From NCBI GenBank assembly GCA_036172245.1, contig JAYWIR010000011.1, positions 3,782,001 through 3,846,000 on the forward strand: a stretch of DNA of 64,000 bases, written 5' to 3'. This document shows, piece by piece, positions 48,230-60,520 of the stretch; position 1 is the first letter of the stretch, and each line of letters starts with the position of its first letter. The notes under the pieces were generated by a model. It was not told where the DNA came from. It saw only the letters and a program-made list of their open reading frames with translations, and made no database searches. The position numbers and the translations under genes are program-made. Origin of the DNA: Raillietiella orientalis. Its lineage: Eukaryota.

Positions 48230-49650
48230 AAACAAATAAATAAAAGAGGAAAGTAGAGGGACTATCGGTCACACCCGCCGCGTCTTCTGGATGAGACACA
48301 GGCGGCGTCTGTCTTGCCTATGCCATTCAAGAAAGACCACTTTGCCACGTTCCTCATGGGTGACGAATGAAAGCGTGTGGACTGCTTCCTTGCTGGAGTG
48401 TCTCTTCAGTGCATCGGACGACACGATCCTCCGGGCGCAACGCAGGATTCGGAAGCTGGGAGATGGCGAAGCAACACCGCAGGTAGGTTGGTTGTTGGAA
48501 TAGAAAGTGAAAGGTTGGGAGTGGAAGGCATAATGTTAGTAGGGGTGTTTTTTCTGGTGTTACCGGTTTGTGGTGTTCATTTATGGCTTCCAATAGCTCA
48601 TGTGGGATCTGTTTCTTATGGTTCCATAATTCCTGCTGGAGTTATGTTAAAGTTAGGTGGTTGTGGGTTAGTATGGTTATTCACGAAATATAGGTATGGG
48701 ACTGCAAGGTTTTATTTGATAGGTGTAGGTATGGTGCTCTTTTGGAGTATCACCGGATCGAAGCAGGCCAGCCGCGAGGCATTTCTGAAGGTCACCGCGT
48801 CCCAGCAGCCGATGCGCGGAATTTCCCACTTCCCCGCAGCTGGCGCAGTTCGGGGAGAAGCCTCTCCCCCTCGTCCAGCGAAGCCGGCGCTGATCGCAAG
48901 GGAAGCCCCGGTGGACGAAGAGCGAAACCTCTTTGTGCTGCTGTCTGAGTGGCAGCTCGCAGATGTCCTCGAACGCAAAGGTCACGAAGGACTCCGAGGG
49001 TGGAATGCTAGGATGTTCCACCCGACGGAGCAGTCCTTTAGCCCGGTCGCTGGGTGTTCGCCGCCTCAACCAACTGGTCCGTCTTCCACCAGTTTCGCCG
49101 CCCCTGCTGGAAAGCAAGAGATCTGCTCCCTGCAGGCTGGTAACTGGCACTTACTTCCCGTTGGGAGTAAAGCTTTGCGGTAGGGTCCGCATTTTCTGCA
49201 CCCTTTCCATTTCCTCCAGGGCGAACGCTTCCCCGGTCGTGGAGGAGACGTATCCAGTCTACCCCTTCAGTGCGCGTGATGCGTATCCTCTGCCTCTCGC
49301 CCCCTGTCCTTGTGGTGTGCTGGACGACAGGATGTTCACCAATGTTGTTCTCACGTGGCAGCGATATGCTGCTGGGGGGAACTTAAGCGCCTTCGTGAGG
49401 CCTTGGTTGAGGTATCAAAGGCTCCTTTGCCTTGCAACCGGCCTTGCGCCTCGGGATTTTGCGATCAGGCTGGCAACAAGTTCTCAATCATCGGGACGGT
49501 CATTCTGCACTGGAGCCGTAGCTTCATTTTCTTTAACTCCAGGATACCATTTCCTGGATCTCGTCATGATGCAACCAGGCCTTCCGAAATCCCATGGTGC
49601 TCTTCGCAGGAAGCCTTCCTAGACCTTGCACACCATTGGATCTAGCAATG
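48230..49650 (-). mobile_element. LINE 3' portion interrupted by an ND4 NUMT
   Basis: LV..RDPGNGILEL..RLQCRM; KGLLRRVEHPSIPP..LPLRQ..LFVHRGFPC; finger SPNCASCGEVGNSAHRLL; GDTPKEH|LRCCFAISQLPNPA. Nucleotide similarity to 38140-38340. Confidence 0.85.
48485..48732 (+). pseudogene. ND4: NUMT: mitochondrial NADH dehydrogenase subunit 4 fragment
   Basis: FFLV-LPVCGVHLWLPIAHVGSVSYGS(ATA=M)IPAGVMLKLGGCGL vs ND4 HLWLPKAHVEAPxxGSMILAGxxLKLGGYG; abrupt G/T-skewed composition. Confidence 0.95.
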
Positions 49651-50269
49651 TTACCTTTAAAAAACAGCCATCCTATGGGAAACTGAGGGTTCACGTTCGT
49701 TCCTGCAACCATTGGTGGGGTTAAGGTGGCTATTTGACTTCCTCAGTACCCGGAAAACGACGCTCGCTCTTGGGAGAGTGCCGGAACGACTTCTGCTGCG
49801 ATGCTATGTCAGGGTCGCTCGGCGTACTGCCTGCAGTGTTCCCAAGAATCCATGGAAGATGGGGTAGATACATGGAAGGCAATTCTCGGGATACGAATGG
49901 CACACATGCAAGCTTCTGAAGAAGAGAGACCAGCTTATGAGGAGGGAGTGTCTAGTGAAGGGACGCTTTCTTTGCTACACGGTCCCTCTCTTCTTTCAAG
50001 GAAGAAAGGGCTGAACAGCTTCAAGTAGACTGTTCCGCATTCTCAAGCCCAGTGGTCACTGGACATTCGCAGCTCAGTATGATGGTAAAATTCTTTGGGG
50101 TTCTTCGGTTTCTCTGCGTTCCATCCAGCTTGTTTGTTTTTTGGGTTCTCAAGGAGTGCTAAAGAACGGTTTACCTCCTTGGGGGAGAAGGAGGGGGCAC
50201 ACAAAGGACTTTAAACACTGAGCACACCACCAGAGGGTGTATAAGTTAGGGGCTAACCACAGAGAGACC

Positions 50270-50600
50270 ACCCTGTGAATTCAGGAAGGCCTCGAAAGAA
50301 GTTCGTTCCTCTTACGTTTGGGAGGGAACCTTCGCGCTGGTTGTCTCCGAAGGGAACCCCGAAAGGAATTTCCTTCCTTATTCCGTCTGGAGGGACCTAC
50401 CAGTGTTGTTGGACCCGCTCCTCGTTTCTCCTCCGATGATGACTGGAAAAAGATCCGCCCCTGGAATTCCTTCTCCTGGGGGGACCCTCAAGGGTAACCG
50501 CTCCTTGTGTCATCCTTAGAAGGGAACTCCGAAGAGATGCTTCCAGATTTCTTCGAAGAGTGCAGCACCTTTTTGACACTCTGTAGAGGCAACCTTCAAG
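50270..50600. repeat. Unclassified dispersed repeat family X, copy 2
   Basis: Matches 63250-63560 (caggaagg, agttcgttcctct, ggaat(t/c)tccttccttattc, tctggagg, gatccg..cctggaatt). Confidence 0.8.
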
Positions 50601-51279
50601 GGGGGTATCAAACAGCTCCATGGTAACCGATGAAAAAGCTCAACATAAAATTCCGCTTTGAGGGAGGGCCGGGGGCTTGCGTTATTCTCCGTGGTCGAAA
50701 GAGCTTCTGGAGCACGGAATTCGGTTTCTTCTTTTGTCCTATCTCGATCTCTCCTCAAGCTGCAATAAAACAGAAGTCTCATGAAAGACCTGCAAAAGGT
50801 TGTCTTCTTGGAAGCTCCAAATGCATTCATTGGCAGAGAATGATAATGGAATGTTTGCTTCCGAAGAGTTTTGGCTTGGAGACAGGGAGAGTCTTGGAGG
50901 AATGATCTCTTAGGACTCTCTCTGCTGGAGGAGTGAGCATACGAGACTGGCATGCGTTCTTGGTGAGACGACTTGATGGCATCCGCGTCTCCCTCTGAAA
51001 TGGGCATGTGGTCACTTTTTCAACGGAGCACTAGCCTTATCTGGCTGGAAAATGATTCTCCATCTGAACTTTCTCTTCTTTTTGCCTTACCTGGATGAAT
51101 CTGCTTGCCCTTTTTCATTTCCAGAGCAAAAACGTGGAATCCATCCTGTGCTGGTGATTTGCTTGAGGTGGACATCCATGAAAAAGAAGCGTCCAGAATG
51201 AAACTCATCTGGGAGTGCCTGTTTAAGGACCTGAAGTTGTTGTTCTTAGTGCTTCAAAAAGTGTTGGTCTTGATAAAGT

Positions 51280-51624
51280 ATGGCTCTTAAAAAGCAAGCT
51301 GCTCGTAAAAGTATTAGTGGTAAGGAGCCGAGGAAGCAGTTAGCGACGAAGGTGGCTTGCAAGAGCGCCCCAGCTTCAGGAGGTGTTAATAAGCCTCATC
51401 GTCCCCGACCAGGCACTGTTGCCTTGCGAGAGACTCGTCGTTACCAGAAGAACACCGAGCTGCTGATCCTCAAGTTACCTTTCCAACGCTTAGCGAAACA
51501 GCTTGTGAGTTCAAAATGGATTTGCTCTTTCAAAGCTCGGAATTGCTGTCCCTGCAAGAAGCTAGCTAGTGAAGTCTATTTGGTCGACTTCTTTGAGGAC
51601 ACTAATCCATGCGCTATCCACGCC
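51280..51624 (+). pseudogene. H3: Histone H3 pseudogene, 3'-degraded
   Basis: [71 protein letters not shown]; frameshifted [43 protein letters not shown]. Many substitutions at invariant sites. Confidence 0.97.
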
Positions 51625-51637
51625 TATCACATCCTTG

Positions 51638-52694
51638 GCTGAGGTGACTTCTCCTGCCTCCGTCGAGGCAGGAACGCTGGCCAGCCCCTGCGGAAGATCG
51701 TTTCTAACCCACAAAAGCTTTTGTGGGCTTCATTCACCCCCCTTGCCCCCGTGCTGCCTTCTCTCAGAGAAGCCAGGGACAGCCAAGAGGAGGCATCGTA
51801 TGAAGTGTCCTGCCTCATCGGGGACAGGAAAAAACTGATGAAGGCGTGGACGTCTCGGGAACTAGAGGACGCTTCAACCCCGAGTGTCCCGCCAAATGGA
51901 CTTGTGCGCTAGGGAGAGCTGCTCGATATGCCTCCGGAGGAGGTGAAGTGGCCCCCGGCGTATTGGGACAGTGGCACCCTCCCTTTGGATTGGCAGGATA
52001 CGGCGCTGCTTGTGCTCCATTGGGGACTTTTAAGCAGAGCACGCCTGTCTCACTGGACATCGGGGAGTGTGGATGCCAATTGCACAGAGTGCGGGGAAAG
52101 GGAGACCTTCCCCCACTTAATCATCGAGTGTGTTGCCCTCCGCCTCGTGTGGGATCGACTCTCGTCGGCCATAAACGTAGCGGTGGGCGACCCTAAAAAT
52201 ATTTTTCGTCTCCTGTTGATGCGGAACTCCCTGCCAAGTGCCGCGTGTGTTGCAGTTCTCTGCTGCATACGGGAAATATTGGACAAGTGGACAGCATCGA
52301 TAAGAGGCCGCAGTAGTCGGAATGCCATCCACTGGGCGGTCATCTCCATGGAGAAGGCTTCCTGTTGGCGCCGGCTAAGGAAAATTCTGCCAACACTTGT
52401 TCACATCCAGAACCAGATGCGGAGGCCTCCCCACGGCAAACCGTGATCCCTTCCCTTCCCTCCCCTCCCCATAAACAATGTCCCCCAAGCGTTTTTACTG
52501 TTTGTGTTTTTTTTTTTTCTCTCTCTTTTTCTCGTCCCCTTCTTCAGTGGAGAGGATCTTACCGGCATACAAGTCGGAAAGGACGATAAGAACAATGTGT
52601 TCCGACTGAAACACAAATACAGACGACAGGAATTAATAGTTGTAAAATTTTTTTATAATAAAAGCCCCGGCTTACCAGGGTGAAAAATCAAAAA
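51638..52694 (+). mobile_element. 5'-truncated LINE with 12-bp TSD
   Basis: LPLDWQDTALLVLHWGL..NCTECGERETFPHLIIEC (CCHC); 3'-UTR gtgatcccttccc; AATAAA plus stem-loop at 52657-52682; short A-rich tail; TSD atcacatccttg at 51626-51637 and 52695-52706. Confidence 0.93.
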
Positions 52695-55600
52695 ATCACA
52701 TCCTTGAACAGACACAGCGGTTTTCTGTATATTCTGCCTACCTCTTATTCTTCGATGGCACTTCGTGAGCTGCACCATCTATTAACACAGCCGGACTGAT
52801 GGAGACTTCAACCCTGGTACGACCAGGGAAGTGCATGGTCAGGCCTTCCTTTCGCTTGTCAAATTCTTCTGGTCACTCTCTTTGCATTCCGACCCACTCC
52901 ACGGCATGAATGACGATGGAGCAATTTCTTCACAACGGACGTGGCTGCCTGAACTGCCCTCCCCCTGCTAAAAAAAGACAGGGCTTCACCCTTCGGTAAG
53001 TTATTGGCTAAAAATGGATACTCTTTCGTTCGGTCGGCAGTGGCATTTCCTGTGCTCCTCCCAATTTTTAGCGAAATGAAACCCTCTTTGACTGTACAGA
53101 GCGAGAGAATTTTCTGCAAACTCACAGACTGAGCATCGAGGAAACCGAGATCACGGTAAAACGCTTTCTGGAAGCGAACCAGAAAGACAAACTGCACTTG
53201 CAGTGTTCGCCATTACTCGGCAGCAGAGCATCCCTGAGGATCACGCAGATGCGGGAGCTCAAAGGAAAAAGCAACGAAACTTCCTAAATTCCCTCCTTGC
53301 GGGGCTGAAACCACAACTTTAGCTGGAACGCCCAGTTCGAGTGCCACCGACGCAACATGGCTGCTGCCACTCTTTTCGAAATCACCATTGAGACCGCTTT
53401 TGTACAACGATTGGAAAACGAACTTATTCATGGACCTTTGGAAGGCGCATACCCTTTCTCGGACAGGATTCGGGGTGGCACCTCACAGTTTACCTCCCCT
53501 CCATTCAAAATCATGAATTCCCATCCTTGAATCACAGAAACAGCCTGCAGGCCATTACGGAGAGATGGATGAAGGAAAACTACATAGCAAAATCATGGAA
53601 ATAGGGATCGAGAAAGTTAGGCGTGCATATATGTATGCGTGTGCGTGTGGTTCTTCCAGCATCCGGATGGAAGAACTGCAGCTTGATGCAGGACTATTCC
53701 GTGGTAGCGTGGCTAAGGGAAACGATGCTTTTGGAGCGGGCCATATGTGAAGCTCCTTTGGCTGGGAATCGGAGTTGTTGATCTCGGACGAAGAGCGAGG
53801 TCGACAGCATCGGACGACGACGGAATCGCCGATCTTCTTCCAGCAACTGGTGCCAGCACGGGCAGGAAGAACGAAAGTAGCAGCGACGCCTTGTGGAACT
53901 AGCTCAAAGTAAAGGGACCCATTCTGGCGGAAAATGAGGATTTTCTAAAGCTGAGGAAGTCGTTATCCGCTTAGCAGGATGAAAAGGCTTTCAGGTGTTG
54001 CGATGCAAATAGGTAACTTTTTTTTCCCTATGGAAAATTCCTTACTGCTTGCCGTCTCTGTGGCATGCGTGAAATTTTTGATCCCGGCTTCTCCTTAATC
54101 ATAAGCGAAAGTGCCTTCCCTATCAGGCTCATCGCACAGCTCAGGCTAATCAGATGCTGCAAATGAGATCAGGAAATGACATGCTTGGTACTTAGCAACT
54201 AGTGCTCATAATTAACGATATGTCCTGGGGAAGAGAACGCGTGAGTGAATATCATAGAGTTGGACACCTTAGAGGGAAGCGCCTTGGAGTGCCAACAAAA
54301 AAAGTTCCATCAACTTATTCAGTTTCGTAGCCGATGGCATCTATTCATTGCTTCTCGAAGCTCAAGCAGATGGGTACACTTCCTTCAGCTCGTATTTGCT
54401 CACTGACATTTCAAGCACTCTGATCCTATCAAAATCTTCCAGGAAATCACATTTTAATATGAACAACTTCGGAGTGCTCGGATTTTGTTTTCGCCCAGTG
54501 GGTGGGGTCTCCGCCTCAAAGCAAGCGCTACTTACACAAATCTTCGGGAAACTCTATGGAAGCATATATATCTCTGCTCTTTATTACTTTCTTCTGGTCC
54601 TCTTCTCTAGGAACGAAAATCTTTGTCGTTTCGGGAAAATAAATTCGGTCTTACTGTCACCATGGCAGCAGCATTGGATGTATGGAGGAGAGTGAGAGTT
54701 TCCATAACTTCAAAATGCTTAGATTTTCGGTTCCTGGATTGCACGCCAGGGATTCTTCCCTGCATGAAAACACCAAATGAATGCCTCATTTTATTGTTTT
54801 CTCTCTCTCTCCTTATACCTTGATGCTTTCAGCAGAGGACAGCGAAGAAATCAAAGAACTTTCTTTGTGGTTGATGAATAGCAGAGAATTCACGAGCTTG
54901 GCGATTTCTAAGTTCAAATTGCTATGAAATGTATAAATTGAAACGGAGGGCAATTTCCACCGTGGATATGGTTATACATATCTACAAGCGTCCATATGCA
55001 TCCATTAAATAATTTCATGGGAATTTTACCTGTAATAGGATGAATCCATGTTATGTAGAAGGAGACAATTTGCCACAAACACTGATTAGAAATCAACGCT
55101 GCGATTAATTTGAATGTATCTTGGAGCATTCATCACGCAAGATTTGCTCCAGGTAGATCTTTGGATACATGATTGTGTTCTTTTAAATGAAGATAATGCT
55201 AAAATCACAGCTTACGGTTCTTTCCTCATTTAGACTATGCAGTTTGATAAATGACGTAAACCTAAATCGGAATGCGTGATCCAGAATGAATACTCCTAGA
55301 CTGCATATCCCCCGGTTAGTTACAATAAATCATTTTTTTCCTTCCTCATTTTGATTTCTGAAGCCACAGCGATTGGAAACTTCTAGCGTGTTGAATTATA
55401 CATGGAGGCTTAACCATCTAATGCCGAATCTGAGATCAAATCCGTATGGATGAAACCCCTGTGGTGCATTTCTTAGACGTGGATCAGGGTTCGTTTGTTC
55501 CAAATGCTGGGCCAGGGTTCACTCAGCAAACCACAACTGCAGTCCGATGATTTTCACGCTGTAGAAAAAACTCTTTGCTTTAATGGGCGAATCGTTTACA

Positions 55601-56403
55601 GCAACGTTGTCCTCAAGGATTGCTTGGATAGTTTTCGACTGGTTAGCCTGTTCCGACCTCTTCTCCTGAACGTGGCTGGCATTCCGGATATCCCTCAGCG
55701 TTCCCAGCTGATTACTTACGACCGCTAAGATCATGCAGCAAATCGGATGCACTGACCAAGGGTTATCGTCTCTTCATGGCAAGTTCCATATGATTTCAGC
55801 AGCCAAGGATTCTTGTAACTGAATTCGCTAGCTCACGTGCGCAGTAACTTCCATGTTTAAGAAGAGCAAACAAGTTGGTGTTTCATCTCGAGATTCTTCG
55901 TTTCTCCCCCACTTATGCGACCAAACTGCTCTTTGCACCTCTTGAGAAGGATGATTAAAATACCAGTACACATCTTCTCAGTTCACGGAGGCTTGGTGCA
56001 AATGATTCCGCGCCTTGGGCTTTGTTAGGGACCTCATCCACTATTCAGAACTGACCACAGCGTTTCTTGACTGGAAAAAAAAAAAAACGATTATCGACAC
56101 GGAGGCGCCTATCCGTCCTAGCAGCGGAAGCCTCCAAACCAAAGCGCTCTTGGGTGCAGGATAGGGGCATTCAAGCAGAAGGAAGAGTTTGCGGCGCAGA
56201 GGAAATCCGCTGGCAGTGACGGAAATTTTCCAGCAGATGACATCAAGCCTTGGCACATCCGAGCATTCGCAATGCGTCCAACGCCCCCATTCATCATTCG
56301 AATTCAAGCAGCTCTCCACTTTAGTTTTCATGAGTCTTCTTGCTCACTCGAGCAGCTGATTCGTACCTGCGTTTTCGGAGTCGGGTTCGTCGGGTTCCTT
56401 CAG

Positions 56404-56548
56404 GAGCAGTTTTTGAACTGATTCGCTCTTTCGATGCAGATGAAGAACTTTGCCGTTGATGGCGGAAAGCAAAAGAAAAAAAGAAAGAAATTCGGGGAGC
56501 GCTTCTTGAACTGGTTTGCTCCTCCCGTGCGGATGAAGAACTTCACTT
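56404..56548 (+). repeat. Diverged direct repeat (about 50 bp, about 94 bp apart)
   Basis: gagcagtttttgaactgattcgctctttcgatgcagatgaagaactt vs gagcgcttcttgaactggtttgctcctcccgtgcggatgaagaactt. Confidence 0.75.
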
Positions 56549-59500
56549 GGTGCCGAAAAGCGAAAATCCGGAATGGTCCCTGGAAACTCATTCTTCGCTT
56601 TTGCACAGTTCCCTTTTCCCCTAACGCCGCGCTGCGTACGCCTTGCTCAGTTTCCCTCTGTGGTGGTCAGCATCGAGGAGCTGGACAAACATTTGTCACG
56701 CTGCACTCGTCTGTCCAGATAGTTTTGCTCCCTCGTATTGGGCTTCCGCAGCTCCTACAAGTTAGATTGCATGCTACGACTTCCGAGAGTCAAGCTGGGG
56801 GCGATGCCCCGCCAAACGCATGCCCGGAGGTACCTAATCACTTATGTTTACATGGTCCCGCTCCCTGCTTTTCGTCTCTTCCACTTGTCAGCCTGTGTGC
56901 TCCAATCGTTTATCTTTGCTGCAACGACTTGGCTGCGAATCCACTACGTGGAAATTTTTTCTACATCTTTCTACATTTTTTCCAACATCCAGCCTTCCCA
57001 TCTCCGTTTCATTTTCCTTCCCTCTCCTCTCAGGAGGATCACTTTTCAGCTCTGGTGCCCTCAAATCCAATCTCTCTCTCGGATTCCTGTACGCGTTGTT
57101 TGTTTGCTTTCTTTTGGAGTCTTCCGAAGCAAACCTACTTTGTCCAAGGCTTCCCGGGAGGAATTCGATGCTTCCTGGGCGAAGTTTTTCCAGCTTCGTC
57201 CTCAGCTTGTTTTCCGGCCTCGATCTGAAGCGGGTAGCGCGAATCATTCCTCTTGAAGCCCTCCGGGAATCGTTCAAATGTGCGCCCGAAAGCGGAAACG
57301 GGAGAGCATCTGGAGAGCAGCTACGAGGAAAGGACACGCAGGATAGCCATGCCCATGGAAGTACCTAAAAGGAGCCTGCGCATTATAGAGGGAAGAGATT
57401 TAGAGAGGCAGGCCGGTGCACTTTCACCCGTCGCATTCCCGAGCGCTGCATCCTGCTGATTTCAGGTCGCCCGCGCGCTAGCTGCGGGGTCCGGGAGCGC
57501 GCCCTCTCCGTGCGAGGCGCACTGTCAGAGTGCGGGAGCAGCATCCCTACATAACATGGCTCATTTGGCAAGCCACATATGTGCGGACGTTCAGCAGCTT
57601 CTCCTTCCCGCTTTTCCCAGGATTTTCTCATGAGGTTACTCCTTCCGCAGTCCTCCCGAATAAATTTGCCGACAAAAATGCGTGAATCACTCTGACGGGA
57701 TCGTTTCTCCGGACGACTTTTGCACCCTGAGGACGAAAGCACGGATGGTGAAACGCGGAACGGGCCCGTCATCCCGTTTCGATAAAGGATGACTCACTGG
57801 TCGCCGAGGATTACCTACCTTTTCCCTGACAATCTCCTCGTTAAGGCTCCGGATTCCGGCATCTGTTTCGCCCACTTATAGATCCCAAATGGAATGTGCT
57901 GCCTACGAACCTCGGATGCCATTTTCCTGTATGCATTCCCGCAGGAGTTCGCCAGCGAGCCCACGCGCGCGGATGTGCATTCCTGGAACAACCACAGTGT
58001 TTCTTATCCACAGGAAAACTTTTTTGTTGTTGTTTTGGAAAGTCTGCGCCACTCGCTGACTGCGGCTGCTGGTTCCGTTCCACACGGCTACTCCGAATGT
58101 CCTCTCTTTCCAAGACTGAATTGAATTCGCATTGAATTCGAACGGTTTCAGCACGCTGGAAAAGTGGGAAGTTAGTTGGTCTGGAATGGTACATTCGGCT
58201 ATCGGCGTGTGAAATCTGACTTGGCACGCGATTCTCCCTTTTTTTTTCTTTTTTTTTTTCCTCTTCCGGAGAGTTTTGCTGGAGTCCTTTTTTTTTCCTT
58301 TTCGTTCCTCAAGAATTTGCTGCTTCCGAGTCATGGCGTGGTTGCGGACAGTTCGAGGTCCATACAGGACAATTCCATTAGCAAGAGCATCATCCTATTA
58401 CACAGCGAGGAAAGAGCTCTCTGTCCATACTTCGTGTCTGCATGCTCCAGTGCGAGGCGCGTAAAGAAGTCGCACGTTGCATTAAAATCCTTCCCTTCTC
58501 TGCGATCTAAAAACGTGAGCTGCGTGGTTTCGGAAAGTTCGAGGAAAGGTTTGAGAAAAGTTCCGATTCGGCGGGTGTTCCTGGGTCGGCGTCATCATCA
58601 GTTACCCTGAAGGCTTAGCGAATCCTCGAGTCGGATTTATCGGTGCGTCCTCGCAGCGCCTGCTGCGTGGGCACTATGCGCAGGAAAGTACGCCTTCTAC
58701 AAGAGTGACGCGCCTCCGCGTCCAGAAGTTCCGGCTGCTCCCCCTGAACATGTGGATGGGATGTATAGGAAAAGTGATCTCAACACCCAAGAGTTGTTTT
58801 CAAGCTAGGTGTTCCGTGCCACAATTCAAGGATCGTTTCCAGAGCAACTGAAACGAAAGAGCCGCTAAGTGAACCCCTGATCTCTATCCCTTGGCGAGTT
58901 GCTGCTGCAATAGGGCATGGACGAGATTGCAGTCCTCTTCTGCATCTGAAGACCTCACGTCATCGCAGTGACTGCGAACACCCTCTGCTGAAAATCCACA
59001 AGTGGATTCATTCGAATTCATTTGCGGATTTCCACAACATGAATTCTAAAACAAACACGCAAAAAAAAATGCATTCTTTGGATGGGCATGACAAATGTGC
59101 GCTGAAGACCAGGATTTGCAGCCTTCTTTCCAAACACACACTGCCGCAATGAACGACGCTACTCAGCAGAATGATGCTCAGATTCTCACTTGAAAAGTTC
59201 ATGACACCAAGTGGATCCGTTTGCAATGGGGAGCTATTCTGTGGTATATTACGGAAGTTTGGATCAAGAGGCGTCGTCAAACAGAGGAAACAGGAAACAG
59301 AACCCAACCAGAAATCACCAAAGGTCTTGTGTATTCTCCTGGACCAAGCAAACTTTGGATCGCAAGAACCTTCAAAGTTGCGTCGGTCGCAATGAAAAGG
59401 TGAAGTGGTTGAATGCGCAGAAACGGAGAGCCAAGCTTCCACTAAGAGGATGTCGGTCAAAGAAGTGGTTGGAAGAGACAGCTGTCTGAGACGACGGCAC

Positions 59501-60149
59501 CAGAGTGTGAGGAGAATCCCTGAGAGGCATCTGCGAACAGTGCATCAGCAAGGGAACCGAAAGATTACCGCGTCCGCTGGAAGACGTGACGGAATGGCGG
59601 CCCGGATAGAGGTGTCTGCCAAGAAACACTGGGGGCTGATGGACTTCAACCGGTCCACTCTGGGGATGGATTCGAAGCAGCTGCAACTCCAGGGAGAAGG
59701 CAACATGATCTTCCTGGATGCCTCGTGCCCTTGAGAGTGCCCACCAAGACGCCAACAGGGAGAAAGGCGAAGAAAGAGAGTGGACATTGTTGAATGGCTC
59801 TCAACTTCTTTAGGAGGAGGGAATGCCCGAAACAGGAAGAACGGTCCTCGTAGCGTCCCTGGGACCTTGGGATCTGGTGGCTGAGAGAGCTGCAAATTCT
59901 TAAGAAACAGCCGAGACACATCCTAGGGAGAAAACGCATGCCTTATCATTCCATGTTTGGAGCCTCTTGTCTCCATTCAGCTCATTCCCTGAGCGGACCT
60001 CGGCCTGCAACCATACCTCCAAGGTGGAGGTTGACTCGTCGCCACTTGCGACCTCTGCTGCCCTTTCGGGAGCCAACCAACCTCCTTGAAGAATCATGGT
60101 AAAAAGGCAAGTTATGCTCTTCTCTTCCAGTAGAGATCGCCTGCTACAG

Positions 60150-60520
60150 CTCGCGCTCTTGCGGCGCATCACCATCAGTAATGTTCCATCGATTCCATAC
60201 CATGAGGTGACAGCGCGCGTGCTGCCGATGAGGAAGCAAGAAAAGCCAGCAACATTAGCGGACAGCTTCTCTCCGGCGATTTGTGGAATTCCTACATTCT
60301 ATTCCGGGAGCGACTGCGCACTCCACATTAGCTTCTTGAAAGATTTCCCTTCATTGGCACGGGAAGGACCGATGAGTCGCCATCCATGCCGAAACCCTGA
60401 GGAGCAGCATCCTGTGAAGGTGGTGGACTCTCACCTTCTCTCGATTGCTGATGTCCTATATCTTGAGATGACTGAGGACAACAGGATATTAATGGATGGT
60501 CATTTATGTGCTCTCTTTCA
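60150..60520 (+). mobile_element. Possible LINE ORF1 (Tx1-like) fragment
   Basis: RRITISNVPSIPYHEV...GIPTFYSG...DFPS resembles the RRM-adjacent ORF1 pattern (V/I.ISNVPP.I). Confidence 0.35.

Noticed and set aside
48377..49183. 268-aa ORF as a real membrane protein gene
   Set aside because: It is an ND4 NUMT read through into antisense LINE sequence on both sides.
51280..52694. H3-LINE chimeric retrotranscript formed by template switching
   Set aside because: The 12-bp TSD atcacatccttg flanks the LINE alone, so it is an independent insertion.
52859..53431. Possible LINE ORF1 (RRM-like) on the minus strand
   Set aside because: No diagnostic motif or zinc knuckle; too weak to call.
56434..57368. 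Overlapping long ORFs, and a possible minus-strand finger TCRSCGSP..DEC
   Set aside because: The pyrimidine-rich strand lacks stops for compositional reasons; strand and family could not be settled.
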